Below, piece by piece: positions 61,701 to 64,000 of a stretch of 64,000 bases of DNA. Origin of the DNA: Planctomycetota bacterium (GTDB lineage Bacteria > Planctomycetota > UBA1135 > UBA2386); assembly GCA_965228735.1 (NCBI GenBank), contig OZ245838.1, positions 5,920,001 to 5,984,000 of the forward strand. Direction: 5' to 3'. Positions within the stretch are counted from its first letter, which is position 1, and every line of letters starts with the position of its first letter. The notes under the pieces were generated by a model, which was not told the origin of the DNA, did not search any database, and worked only from the letters and a program-made list of their open reading frames with translations. Made by a program: the position numbers and the translations under genes.

Positions 61701-63848
61701 TCAACTGCCGGCGCGTTCGAGCTGATCCAGCAGCGCGATCGCGGCGTCGGGGATCACCGTGCCCGGGCCGAAGACCGCGGCGACGCCGGCGTCGTGCAGG
61801 GCCTTCACGTCCTGGTTCGGGATCACACCGCCTGCGACGACGAGGATGTCGCCGCGGCCAGCACTGCGCAGTGCCTGCACGAGTTCGGGGATCAGCGTCT
61901 TGTGGCCGCCGGCGAGCGTGCTGATGCCGCAGACGTGCACGTCGTTCTCGAGGGCCTGCTTGCAGACCTCGTCGGGCGTCTGGAACAGCGGACCGATGTC
62001 GACGTCGAAGCCCAGGTCGGCGAACGCGCTCGCGATCACGCGCGCGCCGCGGTCGTGGCCGTCCTGGCCCATCTTCGCGACGAGGATGCGGGGGCGGCGA
62101 CCGTTGTCGTCGAGGAACTTCCTGGTCCGTTCCTGGGCCTTCTTGAGCTGCGTCATCGACTTGCCGGCCGCAGCATACACGCCGGCGACGGTGCGCGGCG
62201 TGGCTTGATGGCGACCGAAGACCTGCTCCATCGTGTCCGAAACCTCGCCGACCGTGGCGCCGAGCTCGACGGCGGCGACCGCGAGCTCGAGCAGGTTGCC
62301 GTCGCCCTGCGCGCCTGCCGTAATCGCCGCTAGCGCTGCCTGCACCTTGCTGCCGTCGCGCTCGCTCTTCAGCTGCTCGAGGCGCGCGATCTGCTTCTGG
62401 CGGACCTCGGTGTTGTCGATCGACAGGATGTCGAGCGGCTCCTCCTTGTCGGGCGTGTACTTGTTGACGCCGACGATCGTCTCCTCGCCGGAGTCGATCG
62501 CCGCCTGGCGGCGCGCGGCGGCTTCTTCGATTCGCAATTTGGGCAGGCCGGCCTCGATCGCCTTCGTCATGCCGCCGAGCTCTTCGATCTCCTGGATCAG
62601 CTCCCACGCGCGGCGCGCGAGCTGGTCCGTCAGCCATTCGACGTAGTAGGAGCCGGCCAGCGGGTCGGCCGCGTGCGTGACATGGCTCTCCTCCTGGAGG
62701 ATGAGCTGCGTGTTGCGCGCGATCCGCGCCGAGAACTCCGTCGGCAGGGCGATCGCTTCGTCGAGCGCGTTGGTGTGCAGCGACTGCGTGCCGCCGAGCA
62801 CGCCGGCGAGCGCCTCGAGGCACGTGCGCACGACGTTGTTGTAGGGATCCTGCGCCGCGAGCGACCAGCCGGACGTCTGGCAGTGTGTGCGCAGCGCCAT
62901 CGACTTGTCGTTCCTGGCCCCGAACGCCTTGACGATCTTGGCCCACAGCAACCGCGCCGCGCGCAGCTTGCTCACCTCGGTGAAGAAGTTCATCCCCATG
63001 GCGAAGAAGAACGACATCCGGCTCGCGACCTTGTCGACGTCGAGGCCGGCCGCGATCGCCGTGCGCAGGTACTCGAGGCCGTCGGCCAGCGTGTAGGCGA
63101 GCTCGAGGTCCGCGGTCGCGCCCGCTTCGTGGATGTGGTAGCCGCTGACCGAGATGGTGTTGAACTTGGGCATCCGCTCACCGCAGTACGCGAAGATGTC
63201 GCGCACGATCCGCATGCTGGGGCTCGGCGGATAGATGTAGGTGTTGCGGACCATGAACTCCTTGAGGATGTCGTTCTGGATGGTCCCTTGGAGCTCGTCC
63301 TCGGCGACGCCCTGCTCCTTCGCCGCGGCGATGTAGAGCGCGAGGATCGGAATGACCGCGCCGTTCATCGTCATCGACACGCTCACCTCGCCGAGCGGGA
63401 TGTCGGAGAACAGGATCCGCATGTCGGCGATCGAGTCGATCGCGACACCGGCCATGCCGACGTCACCGGCGACGCGCGGGTGGTCGCTGTCGTAGCCGCG
63501 ATGCGTCGCGAGATCGAACGCGACGCTGAGCCCCTGCTGCCCGGCCGCGAGCGCCTTCTTGTAGAAGTCGTTGGTCTTCTCGGCGGTCGAGAATCCCGCG
63601 TACTGGCGGATGGTCCACGGCCGCTTGCTGTACATCGTCGCGTACGGCCCGCCGAGGAACGGGGGTTGCCCGGCGGTGAAACCCTGGTGCGCGACGTCGG
63701 CGTCGGCGGCCGTGTGCAGCGGGCGATGTTCGAAACCCTCGGGTGCGGTCCAGGGCTGGGCGCCTCTCGCCGCCGCGCCGAGCTGGTCGGCGGTCGGGCG
63801 CTCGAACTCGTCGAACCCGTAGCTGAGCTTGGTGAAGTCGGGGGTCAT
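61701..63848 (-). CDS. scpA: Methylmalonyl-CoA mutase (B12-dependent, catalytic subunit)
   Basis: [42 protein letters not shown]12-binding GQDGHDRG (DXHXXG). Confidence 0.97.
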   Translation of the reverse strand: MTPDFTKLSYGFDEFERPTADQLGAAARGAQPWTAPEGFEHRPLHTAADADVAHQGFTAGQPPFLGGPYATMYSKRPWTIRQYAGFSTAEKTNDFYKKALAAGQQGLSVAFDLATHRGYDSDHPRVAGDVGMAGVAIDSIADMRILFSDIPLGEVSVSMTMNGAVIPILALYIAAAKEQGVAEDELQGTIQNDILKEFMVRNTYIYPPSPSMRIVRDIFAYCGERMPKFNTISVSGYHIHEAGATADLELAYTLADGLEYLRTAIAAGLDVDKVASRMSFFFAMGMNFFTEVSKLRAARLLWAKIVKAFGARNDKSMALRTHCQTSGWSLAAQDPYNNVVRTCLEALAGVLGGTQSLHTNALDEAIALPTEFSARIARNTQLILQEESHVTHAADPLAGSYYVEWLTDQLARRAWELIQEIEELGGMTKAIEAGLPKLRIEEAAARRQAAIDSGEETIVGVNKYTPDKEEPLDILSIDNTEVRQKQIARLEQLKSERDGSKVQAALAAITAGAQGDGNLLELAVAAVELGATVGEVSDTMEQVFGRHQATPRTVAGVYAAAGKSMTQLKKAQERTRKFLDDNGRRPRILVAKMGQDGHDRGARVIASAFADLGFDVDIGPLFQTPDEVCKQALENDVHVCGISTLAGGHKTLIPELVQALRSAGRGDILVVAGGVIPNQDVKALHDAGVAAVFGPGTVIPDAAIALLDQLERAGS

Positions 63849-63946
63849 CGCGCCGAGCACTGTAGCGGGGTGCTGCCCGATCGCGCACACCACGACGTTC
63901 TCCGCGACGACTCACGCGGGGGCTGCCGCTCCGGCCGAGGCGCGCG

Positions 63947-64000
63947 TCAGCCGCGAACCTGCCAGCCCTCGACCAGCGCGCGGAACGCGAGGTCGCTGAC
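63947..64000 (-). CDS. 3' end of a gene extending beyond the window
   Basis: Minus-strand frame VSDLAFRALVEGWQVRG* with typical codons; stop at 63947-63949. Confidence 0.4.
   Translation of the reverse strand, partial: VSDLAFRALVEGWQVRG

Noticed and set aside
742..62946. Many long Arg/Ala/Pro-rich alternative-frame ORFs (e.g. 742-2760, 6662-8794, 10275-12371, 17553-19754, 32824-35076, 58959-61001)
   Set aside because: They overlap motif-supported genes, have low-complexity composition and lack any domain signature.

Overview
A 64-kb window of high-GC (about 70% by eye) bacterial chromosome, densely coding, with roughly 50 genes. The gene content (ECF sigma factors, FG-GAP/NIDO/LRR/CAP secreted proteins, a shared C-terminal domain) suggests an uncultured Planctomycetota lineage; this is inference only. 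I found no rRNA, tRNA, CRISPR array, integrase or transposase. Housekeeping genes include plsY-gpsA, yebC, dinG, rsgA, a DEAD-box helicase, meaB and methylmalonyl-CoA mutase. They are mixed with transport and envelope modules: an ABC transporter with DUF3299, algI/algJ-like acetylation genes, DPP-IV plus two POT transporters, SPFH-Arc, NfeD-flotillin and an AftB-like GT-C. Main signals: (1) Six unrelated secreted proteins end in the same ~110-130 aa domain, and a seventh carries it internally; this is a candidate protein-sorting or surface-anchoring signal. (2) Ten predicted secreted proteins (nine clearly SPI-type, one ambiguous) start with Gln right after the signal peptide. (3) Two families of intergenic inverted-repeat (REPIN/MITE-like) elements are present, one with an invariant 53-bp spacer length, plus a GTAG-hairpin doublet. 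(4) Eight genes have a TANNNT box 6-8 nt before the start codon, suggesting leaderless transcripts. (5) Smaller items: a POT transporter with a ~180-aa loop insertion, a perfect 16-bp palindrome upstream of SPFH-Arc, a uORF upstream of rsgA, a structured intergenic ncRNA candidate and a perfect 15-bp VNTR in the DEAD-box helicase. All family assignments come from motif recognition by eye, with no database searches.
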